From Nitrospirota bacterium (lineage in GTDB: Bacteria > Nitrospirota > UBA9217): a DNA stretch of 64,000 nucleotides. Below, one piece after another: positions 1 through 10,643 of this stretch (position 1 is the first letter of the stretch; each line of letters begins with the position of its first letter). The DNA lies in the NCBI GenBank assembly GCA_963751455.1, contig CAVVUN010000008.1:264636-328635 (forward strand). Reading direction: 5' to 3'. A program made the position numbers and the translations under genes. Below the pieces are notes generated by a model. It was given only the letters and a program-made list of their open reading frames with translations, did no database searches and was not told the DNA's origin.

Positions 1-213
1 GATGGCTTTTGCTACGGCATCCGGAAGTTTTCCTTTTTTCCGGTAAATTGTTTCAAGCCTGCCTAGCGCCTGGAAGCCCTCCTGGAACGCGGACGTAAGA
101 AAGTTTTCCACATAACGGCGACGCTCAAGATCGGCAAGAAGGTCCTGGGCATAATTTTTCGCATTCTTATACCAGGTTTTCCCTTCGCCGTGCTGTGTAC
201 ATAAATCGCACAT
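1..213 (-). CDS. 5' part of a probable 4Fe-4S ferredoxin-type protein (runs off window edge)
   Basis: Manual translation from ATG at 213 with GGAG RBS: MCDLCTQHGEGKTWYKNAKNYAQDLLADLERRR..., open to position 1. The CxxC-HGEG-W start recalls a family of Fe-S binding proteins (from memory). Confidence 0.6.
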   Translation of the reverse strand, partial: MCDLCTQHGEGKTWYKNAKNYAQDLLADLERRRYVENFLTSAFQEGFQALGRLETIYRKKGKLPDAVAKAI

Positions 214-354
214 AAAGTGGCTCCCGATCAAAAATTTCAGCCTTCCGCCGAGAAATATCCGCCGGAACTCCGGACGAAATCCCTTTACGTTGTACTATAA
301 AACAGTGCGAAAAACAAGAGCCGCCTCATAGTCTGTCTGCATCTGTTTCATACT

Positions 355-487
355 TGATGATTTCGTAAAAAAGCAAATTTTCACACGGAGCCACAAAGAT
401 CACAAAGAAAATCATCTTAGAATTAAAGCTTTTCCCCTTCGTGACTTCGTGGCTTTGTGTGAGACATGACTTTTTACGACTTTACTA
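355..487. mobile_element. MITE with ends related to the adjacent IS, containing inverted 9-nt-period arms
   Basis: Left end TGATGATTTCGTAAAAAAG, degenerate right end CTTTTTACGACTTTACTA, inner arms CACACGGAGCCACAAAGATCACAAAG / CTTCGTGACTTCGTGGCTTTGTGTG, TACT on both flanks. Confidence 0.75.
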
Positions 488-492
488 TACTT

Positions 493-2367
493 TGATGAAT
501 TCGTAAGAAGTCAAACGGCGTAAAGTACCTTAAACTGCATAATCAGCGGCCGGAGACTGATCCAGCGCCCGATGGCGGCTGAAACATTCTGCACTCGTTC
601 TTTGACAGCACAAAATAGCAATGAAAGGGCGGCTATGAGGGCCGATTCCTCTTCCTTTTCCCGTTTGCGGAATGCCGCCGCCCGGATAATGTTGATTCCG
701 GCAGCCTTCAAGTACGCGGCGAAGCTCACGGCGGACAGTCCTCGTACGCGCAAGTTCTTGAAGCCGGTTATTCGGTCAAGCTGAGACATGGTTCCTTCGA
801 CCCCTGCACGGAAGCGGTACCTGTCCCGAAACTCGGGAGTGTCTTCCTGAGCCCGTCGCTGGGCCAGACGGATCGCTTTATCGTCGTATCGGAGATAGCG
901 GCCCTTTTTGCCGGGCAGCGTCGGACATGTGTTCTTTCGGGAACAACCACGGCACGCTTTTTTTGAAAAGAGCGCGGAGTGATTGTCGTCTTTGCTCCGG
1001 GTTTTGAGAGGAGCGCGTCCCTCGGGGCATAAGGTGATTTCGTTTTCGCTGTTCATGGTGAATGCCGTGAATGGCACGCTGTCTTCGCCGAGGTTGCCCA
1101 TGACCGGGGAAACGACTTCAACTCCCATGGTCTTTGCCTTCTCGCAGTTCTCGTCGCTGCCATAGGGGGTGTCGGCAATGACCGCTTCCGGTTTCAGACC
1201 CAACTTCTCCGTTGATTCGATAAGCGGAATAGTGGCATGGGTGTCGTGCTTGTGGGCAGGTTCTACGATCACACTGGTGATCAAATTCAGGGTGTTGGTA
1301 TCCTCGGACGTGCCGTAGCTTTCGGCGACCTGCACCTGGTAGCCCTTGCCCTTGTGGCCGTCATACCCGGCGTCGGGGTCGGAAGGGTTTTGCAGAGAAT
1401 CGGAAGGCACGTCCTTGTTGGCCTTGACCGAGACCAGGGTTGTATGCGTATCAACGCGTTCCACGATGCATTGTTCCTTAAGCAGCCGGACAAGGAGCTG
1501 ATAGGTGTTCATGGTGGTAATTGGCTCGTTTCCTCTGAACCGTTCCACCAGGCTGAACACGTCGTTGGCCAGCGTCCTTAGCGTGTTTATCGATTCCGAG
1601 GGTCTGACCATCGAGAAGACGGCATCTCCCTGTTTGGTCATGTACCGGTCGGTGATGGCCGTCTCTAATGATTCATAGAGGTCTTTATGGTGACGCTTGA
1701 GGTTCACCAGGAACTTCTTAATAGTCTTTACGAACAGGCCGAGCCGGCCCAAGTGGCGCATATTGGAGTAGATGTGGACCGAGTCGAAGCGCTGCTTGGC
1801 GACATCGACTTTGAATACATCGGCAAGCATCGTGACGACTTCTTCAAAGATAACTTGGTAGAGGTTCCGTTCGATCAGTAGGTCGCGCATGTTCCAGAGG
1901 GTCTTGGGGCTGACATAAGCGGCGGTGTCCGCCGCGCTTGTGATGTTCAGGGCATAATGCCACTGGAGATTATAGGCAAACTGGTCTACGGCTTCTTCGT
2001 CGGTCAGGTCGTTCATCTGCTGGAGGACCATGAGGCCGATCATGGAATAGAGTTCCTTGGTCGGCGCTCCGAAAACCGGATCGTATTTTGAGAAAATTTT
2101 CTCGACTGGCAGCGTGGTAAGAATATGCTCCCGAAATACCTTTGCCCAGGACCCCTCGATGCGCTGTTTACGTTTAGGTCCCAGGAAGGGAAAGGGATCG
2201 AACATGTCGGGGGTTTTGTGATCCTTGATGTGGATCATTCTGGCTCCTTGATTGCGATAGGTGATGCTGTTGTGTATCACAAAACCCCTTGTACTGCAAA
2301 GGAAATATGATGTTTTGCGCGATTTATTTTGGCTGAATCACGACAGTTCGTTCTTACGAGATCATCA
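493..2367 (-). mobile_element. Complete insertion sequence (IS1182/ISNCY-like DDE element)
   Basis: 17-bp terminal IRs TGATGAATTCGTAAGAA (493-509) and TTCTTACGAGATCATCA (2351-2367), 15/17 match. TACTT direct repeat at 488-492 and 2368-2372. Confidence 0.88.
511..2280 (-). CDS. DDE transposase (likely start MIHIKDHK at about 2238)
   Basis: Motifs FDSVH, SLQNPSDPDAGY..KGKGYQVQV, ADTPYGS, C-terminal Cys cluster and YRFRAGVEGTMS. Confidence 0.92.
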   Translation of the reverse strand: MIHNSITYRNQGARMIHIKDHKTPDMFDPFPFLGPKRKQRIEGSWAKVFREHILTTLPVEKIFSKYDPVFGAPTKELYSMIGLMVLQQMNDLTDEEAVDQFAYNLQWHYALNITSAADTAAYVSPKTLWNMRDLLIERNLYQVIFEEVVTMLADVFKVDVAKQRFDSVHIYSNMRHLGRLGLFVKTIKKFLVNLKRHHKDLYESLETAITDRYMTKQGDAVFSMVRPSESINTLRTLANDVFSLVERFRGNEPITTMNTYQLLVRLLKEQCIVERVDTHTTLVSVKANKDVPSDSLQNPSDPDAGYDGHKGKGYQVQVAESYGTSEDTNTLNLITSVIVEPAHKHDTHATIPLIESTEKLGLKPEAVIADTPYGSDENCEKAKTMGVEVVSPVMGNLGEDSVPFTAFTMNSENEITLCPEGRAPLKTRSKDDNHSALFSKKACRGCSRKNTCPTLPGKKGRYLRYDDKAIRLAQRRAQEDTPEFRDRYRFRAGVEGTMSQLDRITGFKNLRVRGLSAVSFAAYLKAAGINIIRAAAFRKREKEEESALIAALSLLFCAVKERVQNVSAAIGRWISLRPLIMQFKVLYAV

Positions 2368-2429
2368 TACTTTGGTTGCGTAAAAAGTTCTCGATAAGTG
2401 TTGAGTGGATAAGGAGCGAAGATGAAAGG

Positions 2430-2759
2430 TCAGAACTCGGGGAAAAGTCTCAGGGTAACGGTCTTGCCGTTCGGCAAACGGGTAGAGGCGCTGAGGATGC
2501 CGCCTTCAATATATTCCAGGTTGAAATTCCGGTATCCTGCCGATACGAGGTCCTTGGCGTTTGCCGGGCATCCAGCTTCGCACCCGGCAATGCCTTTGAC
2601 CATGCGTGGTAAAAGTCCGCGAACGTCCGTGCCGTTGAGCGTTCCCCTTGATTGAACGAACCCTTCTATCCTTGAGACCATGGAATCCAGATCAAGATGA
2701 AAAGGATCGGCAATAGTGATTGAAATTGATTCTTTATCAACCCGAACATCAAGTTCCAT
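2430..2759 (-). CDS. Hypothetical protein (109 aa)
   Basis: ATG 2759 preceded by GGAGGG, MELDVRVDK..., contains GCEAGCPANA. Confidence 0.7.
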   Translation of the reverse strand: MELDVRVDKESISITIADPFHLDLDSMVSRIEGFVQSRGTLNGTDVRGLLPRMVKGIAGCEAGCPANAKDLVSAGYRNFNLEYIEGGILSASTRLPNGKTVTLRLFPEF

Positions 2760-3019
2760 TCTGCTGGACCCTCCTAAAAAATGCCCGGTTCGCCAATGCG
2801 AATTCAGCCGGGTATCATCAAAAAACGGCATCTCAGGTCTAGTATAGAGAATTGGCGCGTGAGTAGCTACAAACAATACTATAAAAACCAATAAAAGGCA
2901 AGGAGATTGGATCGTGGGCGATCGTGGGTGTCAAGGATGGATATTCCGGGGATAAGCAGGACTGATTGTGAGCGGCAAGCGCAGCTGTTTTGAGGATGGG
3001 CAGGTTTTATAAATCCAAT

Positions 3020-3505
3020 TTATAAACGAATGTCATCGATCTGTTTTTTGAGCAGCTTAATGAGAACTACGCCGGTGCCGGTATTGAACAACAGCTTTCG
3101 GCCGTTTTTGCCCCCGGTATCCTCGCTGATAATGGGGATTTTGGCGTCAGAAAGGAGGTCCCTGGCCAGTTCGATGTTTCGCTGACCGATACTGATGAAA
3201 CCGTTGCTGGTAATGACATCACCCCCGCCGAAGACCTTCGCCCTGATGTTTTCCTGGTCTGCTCCGAGGCCGGTCACCTTCTGTATCAGTTTAGCAATTG
3301 CGATGTTGCCGTACCGGGGCGAGGCAAGACCTTCTCCGTTCCACAATGGAAGCATGAAGTGATTGATGCCGCCGATCTTTTGCACCGGGTCCCAGAGGCA
3401 CACGGAAATGCATGAGCCGAGCACCGTAGTAACCAGGTGTTCACATTCGTGCGCAAAGAGCCCTCCGGGCAGGAGGTAGTGGCTTTTAGTCTCATTACCA
3501 TTCAT
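3020..3505 (-). CDS. cheD: Chemoreceptor glutamine deamidase CheD
   Basis: TVLGSCISVCLWD, GGINHFMLP, AKVFGG, IGQRN, EDTGG..GRK motifs. Confidence 0.95.
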   Translation of the reverse strand: MNGNETKSHYLLPGGLFAHECEHLVTTVLGSCISVCLWDPVQKIGGINHFMLPLWNGEGLASPRYGNIAIAKLIQKVTGLGADQENIRAKVFGGGDVITSNGFISIGQRNIELARDLLSDAKIPIISEDTGGKNGRKLLFNTGTGVVLIKLLKKQIDDIRL

Positions 3506-3526
3506 CGCGTTATTTTCCTGGAGGGC

Positions 3527-4411
3527 TCAAAAGGTGCTCCCGCAGTCGAAAAGAAACTCGTTTCCATCCTCAGCCAAAACGTCGGTTTCTTCCGCCGCAT
3601 CGGGCACAGCTATTCTAAAGATGCATCCTCCCCCCGGAGCGTCGGCGAACGTCAGGGTGCCTCCAAACATCGCTATCAGGGCCTGGGTTATGCTCAGGCC
3701 GAGACCATGACCGCGATGTTTTTTCCTCGGCCCCGAGTCGATCTGACGAAAACGCTCGAACAGGCGTTCCCGGTCTTTCTCCGGAATGCCGATTCCTTCA
3801 TCCACAATAGACACCTGCAGGACCGCCCCTTCTTTGCAGAGTTCGATGGTCACGGTTTTGTCGGGCCGGTTGAACTCGATCGCATTGGCCAGGAGGTTCG
3901 CCAGTACGCGGTGAAGTTTTTCCGCGTCGCCGCGGAACGGCACCTTTGCATCGGCCTCTTCCCCCGCAAACTGTATTGTCACTCCTTTTTCCCGGGCCCG
4001 GTGTGCAAATGAGCCGATCACACTCCGTATGAGCGCGGCAGCATCCAGTTGCGCGATATTCAACCGGGTCTCGCCTGCCTCGAGTTCAGCTGCAATGAAG
4101 ATGTTCTTGAGCTGGAAGTCGAGTTCGAAGGCTTCCTGGTAGATCATCCGTGCCATACGTTCTCTCGTTTGCTCGTCCGTTGCCGTTTTCGTCAGTTCCT
4201 GGGCAATCCCGAGGATCGATGCGAGCGGGTTGTTGATTTCGTTCCTGATGTTCGAGAGGAAATTGGTCTTGAGCCGCTCCGACTCAGTCAGCCTCTGGTT
4301 CAGCTTCTCTATCTTTTCTTTCATGATCGTTATGTCGTGAAGCGCCTTCCTGGTGTCGAGAAACCGTCTCTTCAGTTCCTGGAGCAATATGTCGTCGCTC
4401 ATCATGTCCAT
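3527..4411 (-). CDS. Cytoplasmic histidine kinase-like protein (HisKA + HATPase_c)
   Basis: NLLANAIEF N box, DEGIGI G1, GHGLGLSI G2. The H box reads NIRNEINNPL, with His replaced. Confidence 0.88.
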   Translation of the reverse strand: MDMMSDDILLQELKRRFLDTRKALHDITIMKEKIEKLNQRLTESERLKTNFLSNIRNEINNPLASILGIAQELTKTATDEQTRERMARMIYQEAFELDFQLKNIFIAAELEAGETRLNIAQLDAAALIRSVIGSFAHRAREKGVTIQFAGEEADAKVPFRGDAEKLHRVLANLLANAIEFNRPDKTVTIELCKEGAVLQVSIVDEGIGIPEKDRERLFERFRQIDSGPRKKHRGHGLGLSITQALIAMFGGTLTFADAPGGGCIFRIAVPDAAEETDVLAEDGNEFLFDCGSTF

Positions 4412-4517
4412 GTCTTTCCTCCTGCAGCTCTTTGCGTACCGGAAAAAATATTATGATTTCTTATCGGACTTTTTCGGATTTTCTTTAATGAGGACAAGGT
4501 TTCGGAATTCTCGGCCG

Positions 4518-5819
4518 TTATCGGTAAGGGTAGAAAATATAGAAAAGCAGCGAGAGCGCCGCAAAGACCCACATGCCGGCATTGACTTCGCGGACCCTGC
4601 CCGCAAGGACCTTTAGCACCGGATACATCAGCAGCCCCGCCGTCATGCCCACACCGATGTTAAATGTGAAGATCATAAGCACAATGGTCAGAAAAGCCGG
4701 TATGAGCTCGGTGTAATCGCTGAAGTTGATCCTGGTAATCGGATTAATCATAAAAATACCTATTATGATCAGGGCTGCGCCGTACGCATGCGGCGGCACA
4801 ACGGTCAGGAGCGGGGCGAAGAAGAGCGCAAGCAGAAATAGTGCCGCCACAACAACAGAGGTAAAGCCGGTACGCCCGCCTTCCTCGATTCCGGCTGCGG
4901 ATTCGATATATACTCCCGTAGTGGTAGTGCCGAGCGCGGGGGCGGCCAGATTCGCGACAGCATCGGCAAGCATAGGCTTTTCAATCTCGGGCAGGTTGCC
5001 GTTCTTATCGAGAAAGCCCCCCCGGGCCGAAAGGCCGATAAGCGTTCCGACCGTATCTACAAAGGCCATGATGAAAATGATGAACGCGATTGGCAGATTC
5101 TTCGGACTGAAGGCGCCGGGGATATCGAGCTGCAGGAAAATCGGGCCAATCGACGGCGGCATGCTTACGAATGAATCGGGTATGGGTGTAATCCTGAACA
5201 GAAAGGAAAGGAGCGTTATGGCCAGCACGCCGATAATGACAGCCCCCCGCACGCGCCTGATCATCAGCCACGCTATCAAAAGAAAGCCGAACAAGGCAAG
5301 CAGCGTCGTAGGCTGCGTAATCCGGCCCAGGGTCACCGGAGCGCCGGGCACGCCGATGGCAACGAATCCAATTTCATTCAAGCCGATGAACGTCAAAAAC
5401 AGGCCAATCCCCACGCCAAAGCTGTACTTAAGCGACTGGGGGAGGGTGCTCGCAAGCCAGCCGCGCACCTTCGTGACCGTAAGAAGCGTAAACAGGACGC
5501 CTGCAACGAAGATAGCGCCGAGTGCCGTTTGCCATGGATAGCCGAGCGCCTTCACCACGGTAAAGGCGATAAAGGCATTTTCTCCCATGTAGGGCGCCAG
5601 AGCAAAGGGACGTTTGGCATACACACCCATGAGCAGCGAGCCGAACGCGGCCGCGAGGATCGTGGCGGTCATTGACGGACCCTTCGGAATACCCGCGGCA
5701 CTCAGGATCGCCGGGTTCACGACGACGATATAGGCCATGGTCAGAAACGTCGTAATCCCCGCAACCGTTTCCTTTTTATAGTCCGTGTTATGCTTTGCAA
5801 ACTCGAAATAGGTTTTCAT
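4518..5819 (-). CDS. NCS2/AzgA-family purine permease
   Basis: AGITTFLTMAYIVVVNP, APYMGENAF, YIESAAGIEEGGRTG, many TM segments. Confidence 0.93.
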   Translation of the reverse strand: MKTYFEFAKHNTDYKKETVAGITTFLTMAYIVVVNPAILSAAGIPKGPSMTATILAAAFGSLLMGVYAKRPFALAPYMGENAFIAFTVVKALGYPWQTALGAIFVAGVLFTLLTVTKVRGWLASTLPQSLKYSFGVGIGLFLTFIGLNEIGFVAIGVPGAPVTLGRITQPTTLLALFGFLLIAWLMIRRVRGAVIIGVLAITLLSFLFRITPIPDSFVSMPPSIGPIFLQLDIPGAFSPKNLPIAFIIFIMAFVDTVGTLIGLSARGGFLDKNGNLPEIEKPMLADAVANLAAPALGTTTTGVYIESAAGIEEGGRTGFTSVVVAALFLLALFFAPLLTVVPPHAYGAALIIIGIFMINPITRINFSDYTELIPAFLTIVLMIFTFNIGVGMTAGLLMYPVLKVLAGRVREVNAGMWVFAALSLLFYIFYPYR

Positions 5820-5908
5820 GCTACCCTTGGTTCCCCTCTCCGGCTTCTCAGCGAGAGGGCATATAATGGGGTAATATATTTTTTCTCAAACGAAAAAATC
5901 CGCAACCA

Positions 5909-7399
5909 TCACGTTGCCTTCAGCAGTTCGGGATTGGTATGCGGAATAAATACCGCTCCCAGGTATTCCTTCATGAACTCGGGGTCGTCGTGCATATGTT
6001 TATAGGTGATCCTTGCCGTAACGGAGTTTATGACGGAAAGCAATTCTGCGTTCTTAAGCAGCATCCGCGCTCCCTCGAGCGACGTGTTGCCGAGCGGCCT
6101 GATGATCGACGACGGCCATTCGGGAAGCATACCGATCGCGGCGGCCTTTCGAGCGTCAATCCCGCTTCCCAGTGCGCCCGATACGCAAACGCTCGTGATG
6201 TCCCTGAACGTGATTCCGAGGGACCGGGTCAGCACCAGGAGAAGCGTGAACATGGCCGCCTTTGATTTCATGAAGTTGTGGATCTCACTCTGGCGTACGG
6301 TAAGCGGTTCGTCGCGGCCGCAGTGGAGTGCATACGCCAGCTCGTCTTCAAGGACGATTACGTTTTTACCGCCCGTCCTCAGCATGCCGTTCCGGTCGAT
6401 GCTCCCATCTTCATAGAGCGCATAGAGAAGACTTACCATGCCCGAACCGCAGATTCCCTGCGCCGGAGCGTTGTCGAAGGTTTTGCAGGAAGGTGCGCCA
6501 TTGCTGATTTCCAGGTCATAGATAATGCCGTTGGTTGCCCGCTTTCCGATCCGGCAGATACCTTCCTCGAGCGCAGGGCCGGCTGCGCCGGCCCCAACCA
6601 GCATCCACTCCTTATTTCCGATTACGATCTCCGCATTGGTGCCGACATCAATCAGCACCGAAAGCGAATCACGGTTATGAATATCTGCCGCAAGTATGCC
6701 GGCGACAATGTCCCCCCCGACATAACTGCCTGCATTCGGAAATACATAGACGAGCGCCTCGGGATTCAAGTCCAGCGAAAGGTCGCGTGCCGCGAAGAAA
6801 CCAGGCGTTCTTACTACGGGAACGAACGGGGCCATCGGAATGCTGCTGATGTCCAGGCCGAGAAAAAAATGACTCATTATGGTGTTGCCTGCTGCTGTCA
6901 TAGCGTGAATATCATGGGGCTTAATTCCGGCCCTCTCGCAGAGCATTCTGACAACCAGGTTTACGCCGTCCGTGAGGGCCGCGTAGATATCCCTTTCCCG
7001 GTCTGACATTGCATAATGCGCGCGGGTCAATATGTCCGAACCGAACGCTATCTGCGGGTTTTCGATGCTCGCCTCGAGAACGGTCGTCTGTCCGACATTG
7101 TCGTAGAGTATCGCAGCAATATTAGTAGTACCAAGGTCGAGGGCCACCGCATAAGAGCGTTCCTTTCCGATGTCGATCAGGGTATATCCGTTTTCAGTTC
7201 GTCCGATAATGCAGCTTAGTAAACGCTGGTCGGCTTCTACGTGCGCCGGGATTCGCTTCATTACGGACAGAGGTATTACAAGCGGACCCAGTGCCGCTGT
7301 GTCCCTGATGCGCTGGTCGTACGCGCGCCTGTCATTATCGTCCGGTTCGGGCAAGTGCAGCTTTTTTTTAAAAATCAGAGAAGACATAGCAAACACCAA
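5909..7399 (-). CDS. ASKHA-domain ATPase (DUF4445/RACo corrinoid activator-like)
   Basis: DLGTTN, NPQIAFGSDI, YVGGDIVAG, IDVGTNAEI, AAGPALE, GICGSG. Confidence 0.88.
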   Translation of the reverse strand: MVFAMSSLIFKKKLHLPEPDDNDRRAYDQRIRDTAALGPLVIPLSVMKRIPAHVEADQRLLSCIIGRTENGYTLIDIGKERSYAVALDLGTTNIAAILYDNVGQTTVLEASIENPQIAFGSDILTRAHYAMSDRERDIYAALTDGVNLVVRMLCERAGIKPHDIHAMTAAGNTIMSHFFLGLDISSIPMAPFVPVVRTPGFFAARDLSLDLNPEALVYVFPNAGSYVGGDIVAGILAADIHNRDSLSVLIDVGTNAEIVIGNKEWMLVGAGAAGPALEEGICRIGKRATNGIIYDLEISNGAPSCKTFDNAPAQGICGSGMVSLLYALYEDGSIDRNGMLRTGGKNVIVLEDELAYALHCGRDEPLTVRQSEIHNFMKSKAAMFTLLLVLTRSLGITFRDITSVCVSGALGSGIDARKAAAIGMLPEWPSSIIRPLGNTSLEGARMLLKNAELLSVINSVTARITYKHMHDDPEFMKEYLGAVFIPHTNPELLKAT

Positions 7400-7930
7400 A
7401 CTGATTAAAGTAGCTCCGAAATGTGCGCTTTCTAAAAATAGTACAAATTACGCGAAAAGGCAATCGCAAATATGCAAGCACAAAGGATGGCGAACCAAAG
7501 ATTTCGTCCACCGCGTGCTCTCTGCATATCGACCTCTTTCACTTCGTGCTTGAGCTTGCAGCAGCTTCGCTTATTATCTAAAAGTTTTTCAGCGTTCTCG
7601 ACTAAAGTTGCATGCACCCCGTTTATCGTACCGGGGACTGATGTGCATATGTCGGGAAAAAATACGGCCGCTTGACAATTGAGGAATATTTGTTAAGTTT
7701 ATAAACAGAAGTTAAGGAAACGGTGAAATACTATTAAGCGGCCTCGTACTGCACCCAGAGAACCGTTCACTGACCGGACTCACCGGTGTGCTGATGAATA
7801 AATAAAACTCTCCGATTTCAGCTGCATTTTCTCACTTATTAATGTGCCAAATCGTCCGAGGCTGTCGGTCTGCGGCATGCGCATTCGATACCGGAAAGGC
7901 TCACTGTCCGCCTGATTGAGAATCTTCATC

Positions 7931-8941
7931 ATGAATGAACTTTCCTTTTCCACCGACAGAAAATTATTTATCCGTTCATGGCAAGAAGCAACTCCGCCGA
8001 TCAACGGGCACAGCCCGCGCGATGTAATTGGGAAAAAGTACTATGACATATTTCCTCGAATATTTTTAAGAGACAACGATGCGCTTCTTGAAGCCGCCCG
8101 AAGAAAGAAGCCGCTTCTGCTCGAGCACTATTCCCTGCCGTGTCTCCATACCAGTATCCGTGCTGACATAACGATCGAGCCGATAATGTCCGGCAAGGGT
8201 ATACAGAGCGAGATAAGGGTAACCGTTCGCCCGCGTACCAGCTGCGCTGTGGCCAAGAAGCTCAGCGATTCTCAGAGATTGATCGACATCGGCACGGTAG
8301 CCTCCACCCTGGCCCACGGCGTACGAAATCCGCTCAATGCAATCAAAGGGGCAGTCGTATATCTCCGGGGGAAATACGACCGGGAAGCGCCGCTCATCGA
8401 GTTCACGAAAATCATGGAAGATGAGATTTCGCGGCTGGAAAACTTCATCTCCGCGTTTCTCAGTTCCTCGCTTTCGGATACAGACCGTTCGGCAACCGAC
8501 ATCAACCAGCTGCTTCGCCGGATCGGCGTCTTTACCGCATTCCAGCTCTCGGCAGCAAGCATCACGCCGGTGTTTGAACTGGGCGATATTCCGGCGGCTG
8601 AAGTAAACGCCTTCCATCTGGAACAGGCCATTCTAAACGTCGTCAACAACGCGATCGAAGCAATGAGCAGGGGCGGCACTCTCAAAATCAGGACTTTCAG
8701 GGACACCCTCCGCGATTCGGATTTTCTTGTAATTGAAATTGCGGACTCAGGACCCGGAATGTCCGAGCTCAGTATCGCGGCGCGATCCGGCGCCCGCGGC
8801 AGGGGCTTCGGCCTCTTTATCGCTTATGAAGTCCTGAAATACTACAAAGGCCACTTGACGATTGAAAGCAAGAAGAATGAAGGAACAACAGTCCGGCTTT
8901 CCCTTCCCTTGAGCCGGCCGGAAACGGGAACGGAACGATGA
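7931..8941 (+). CDS. Sensor histidine kinase (PAS-like N-terminus, NtrB-type)
   Basis: LAHGVRNPL H box, NVVNNAIEA, DSGPG, GRGFGL. Overlaps the start of the next gene (ATGA). Confidence 0.9.
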   Translation: MNELSFSTDRKLFIRSWQEATPPINGHSPRDVIGKKYYDIFPRIFLRDNDALLEAARRKKPLLLEHYSLPCLHTSIRADITIEPIMSGKGIQSEIRVTVRPRTSCAVAKKLSDSQRLIDIGTVASTLAHGVRNPLNAIKGAVVYLRGKYDREAPLIEFTKIMEDEISRLENFISAFLSSSLSDTDRSATDINQLLRRIGVFTAFQLSAASITPVFELGDIPAAEVNAFHLEQAILNVVNNAIEAMSRGGTLKIRTFRDTLRDSDFLVIEIADSGPGMSELSIAARSGARGRGFGLFIAYEVLKYYKGHLTIESKKNEGTTVRLSLPLSRPETGTER

Positions 8942-10305
8942 ATAAAGGAACCGTATTGATCGTTGACGACGAACCGAATGCCTTGCGGGTTCTTTCCGCC
9001 ATTCTGAAGGAAGAAGGCTATTCCATCCGGGAATCCATGGATGTGGACCAGGCGATCGGGGTGCTTATGAGCGGCCAGGTGGACGCGGTGATTACGGATG
9101 TGAAAATGCCCGTCCGGGACGGGTTCGACCTGTTTTATTATATTCACCGGCACCACGGCGGCCTTCCTGTCATGTTCCTCACTGCTCACGGAAGCGTCGA
9201 GTCTGCCGTCGATGCGATGACGAATGGAGCCGCATACTACTTCATCAAGCCTCCGGATTACGGGAAACTGAAAACAGTGCTGCAGCAGGCGCTCGAGCGG
9301 CGCAGCCAGCAGCGGTCCGATGGAGCGCAGCGTCCCGCCATAGAAGATTCATGCCGCATCATCGGCGTGACTCCTCCCATCAATCGGATACGGAATATAA
9401 TTGATGCCGTAAAGGAGTCCGCGAGCAACATCCTGATCCAGGGCGAGACCGGTACCGGCAAGGAAGTAATCGCATGCAATATCCATTACCGCAGTAAACG
9501 CTCGGCGCTGCCCTTTATTGCGGTTAACTGCGCAGCCATTCCCCGCGAACTGATCGAATCGGAACTGTTCGGATATGAAAAAGGGGCGTTTACCGGCGCC
9601 GCCGGCAGCAGAGTCGGCAAGTTTGAGGAAGCCGCGGGAGGAACTCTCTTTCTCGATGAGATCGGCGAACTGGAGCTCTCGCTTCAGTCAAAACTGCTTC
9701 GTGTTCTGCAAGAGCGCACGATCGAACGGCTCGGAAGCAATCGCAGGATCAAGGTCGACTTCAGACTCATTTCGTCCACAAACCGCAACCTTAAAAATGA
9801 GATTGCCTCCGGCGGATTCCGGGAAGACCTTTTTTACCGCATCAACGTGGTCCAGATTGATGCGCCGCCCCTGCGTGACCGGCCCGGTGACATCCCGCTT
9901 CTCGCTGCCGAATTCACCCGACAGTTTTGCGCACGAGAGAGAAAACTGCTTGCGCTTTCCGATGAAGTGCTCGACGCCTTCAGGCATTTTCCCTGGCCGG
10001 GAAACGTCCGTCAACTCAAGAACGTAATCGAGCGCGCTGTTGTGCTCGCCTGCGGCAAGCGGATCACGCTTGATGAACTTTCGGACGATTTCCGCACAGA
10101 TATTCCGGACGACCGGACCGTTCACTCTATAACACCGCTCAAGGCGCTGGAACTCCAGGCAATACGCGATGCGCTCACTGACTGCAGCGGGAATAAATCC
10201 AAGGCCGCACGCAAGCTCGGGATATCGCGCAAAGCCCTCTACAAAAGGTTGAACGACTCCTGCTCTTCGGACCTGGGCAACGCTGCCCCTCTTAGCGCTC
10301 AGTAA
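8938..10305 (+). CDS. Sigma-54-dependent response regulator (NtrC/AtoC family)
   Basis: Receiver domain, [31 protein letters not shown], Fis HTH. Confidence 0.95.
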   Translation: MNKGTVLIVDDEPNALRVLSAILKEEGYSIRESMDVDQAIGVLMSGQVDAVITDVKMPVRDGFDLFYYIHRHHGGLPVMFLTAHGSVESAVDAMTNGAAYYFIKPPDYGKLKTVLQQALERRSQQRSDGAQRPAIEDSCRIIGVTPPINRIRNIIDAVKESASNILIQGETGTGKEVIACNIHYRSKRSALPFIAVNCAAIPRELIESELFGYEKGAFTGAAGSRVGKFEEAAGGTLFLDEIGELELSLQSKLLRVLQERTIERLGSNRRIKVDFRLISSTNRNLKNEIASGGFREDLFYRINVVQIDAPPLRDRPGDIPLLAAEFTRQFCARERKLLALSDEVLDAFRHFPWPGNVRQLKNVIERAVVLACGKRITLDELSDDFRTDIPDDRTVHSITPLKALELQAIRDALTDCSGNKSKAARKLGISRKALYKRLNDSCSSDLGNAAPLSAQ

Positions 10306-10430
10306 TATAACCAATTCTCCCGCATAATTCAGCCTTCCAAAAAATTATTTCAGGATACGTGCGTGAAAAGGCAATTTATCCGCGGGGAGCGCAGGAACGC
10401 TGAGAGACAATTGAAGGATACAATTACACT

Positions 10431-10517
10431 CCGTTGACCCTTCGACTGGCTCAGGGCGAACGGAGGGAAGCTTGAAATCATGAGGCTTTATCCGTTCGTG
10501 GTGAGCCTGTCGAACCA
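10431..10517. repeat. Pair of REP-like hairpins
   Basis: CCTTCGACTGGCTCAGGGCGAACGG and its inverted relative CCGTTCGTGGTGAGCCTGTCGAACC. Confidence 0.7.
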
Positions 10518-10643
10518 CTCCAAACACTAGTTTCGTAAATCCGTGTTAATCGGATTTTTTCCGCGTCCAACTGCTCTTTAAAAACCTTTACTTCGCATTA
10601 TCTTTAAATTTGAATCAAGTTTTTGAGAAGCTAAAAAGCATTT

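Noticed and set aside
2853-2868. Sigma-54-like TGGCGC-N5-TAGC
   Set aside because: Imperfect -12 element, and it points toward no plus-strand gene.
7432-7800. Small hydrophobic ORF (7432-7527, minus) and a possible riboswitch in this intergenic region
   Set aside because: An RBS-like GAGGT exists, but there is no recognisable homology or RNA consensus.
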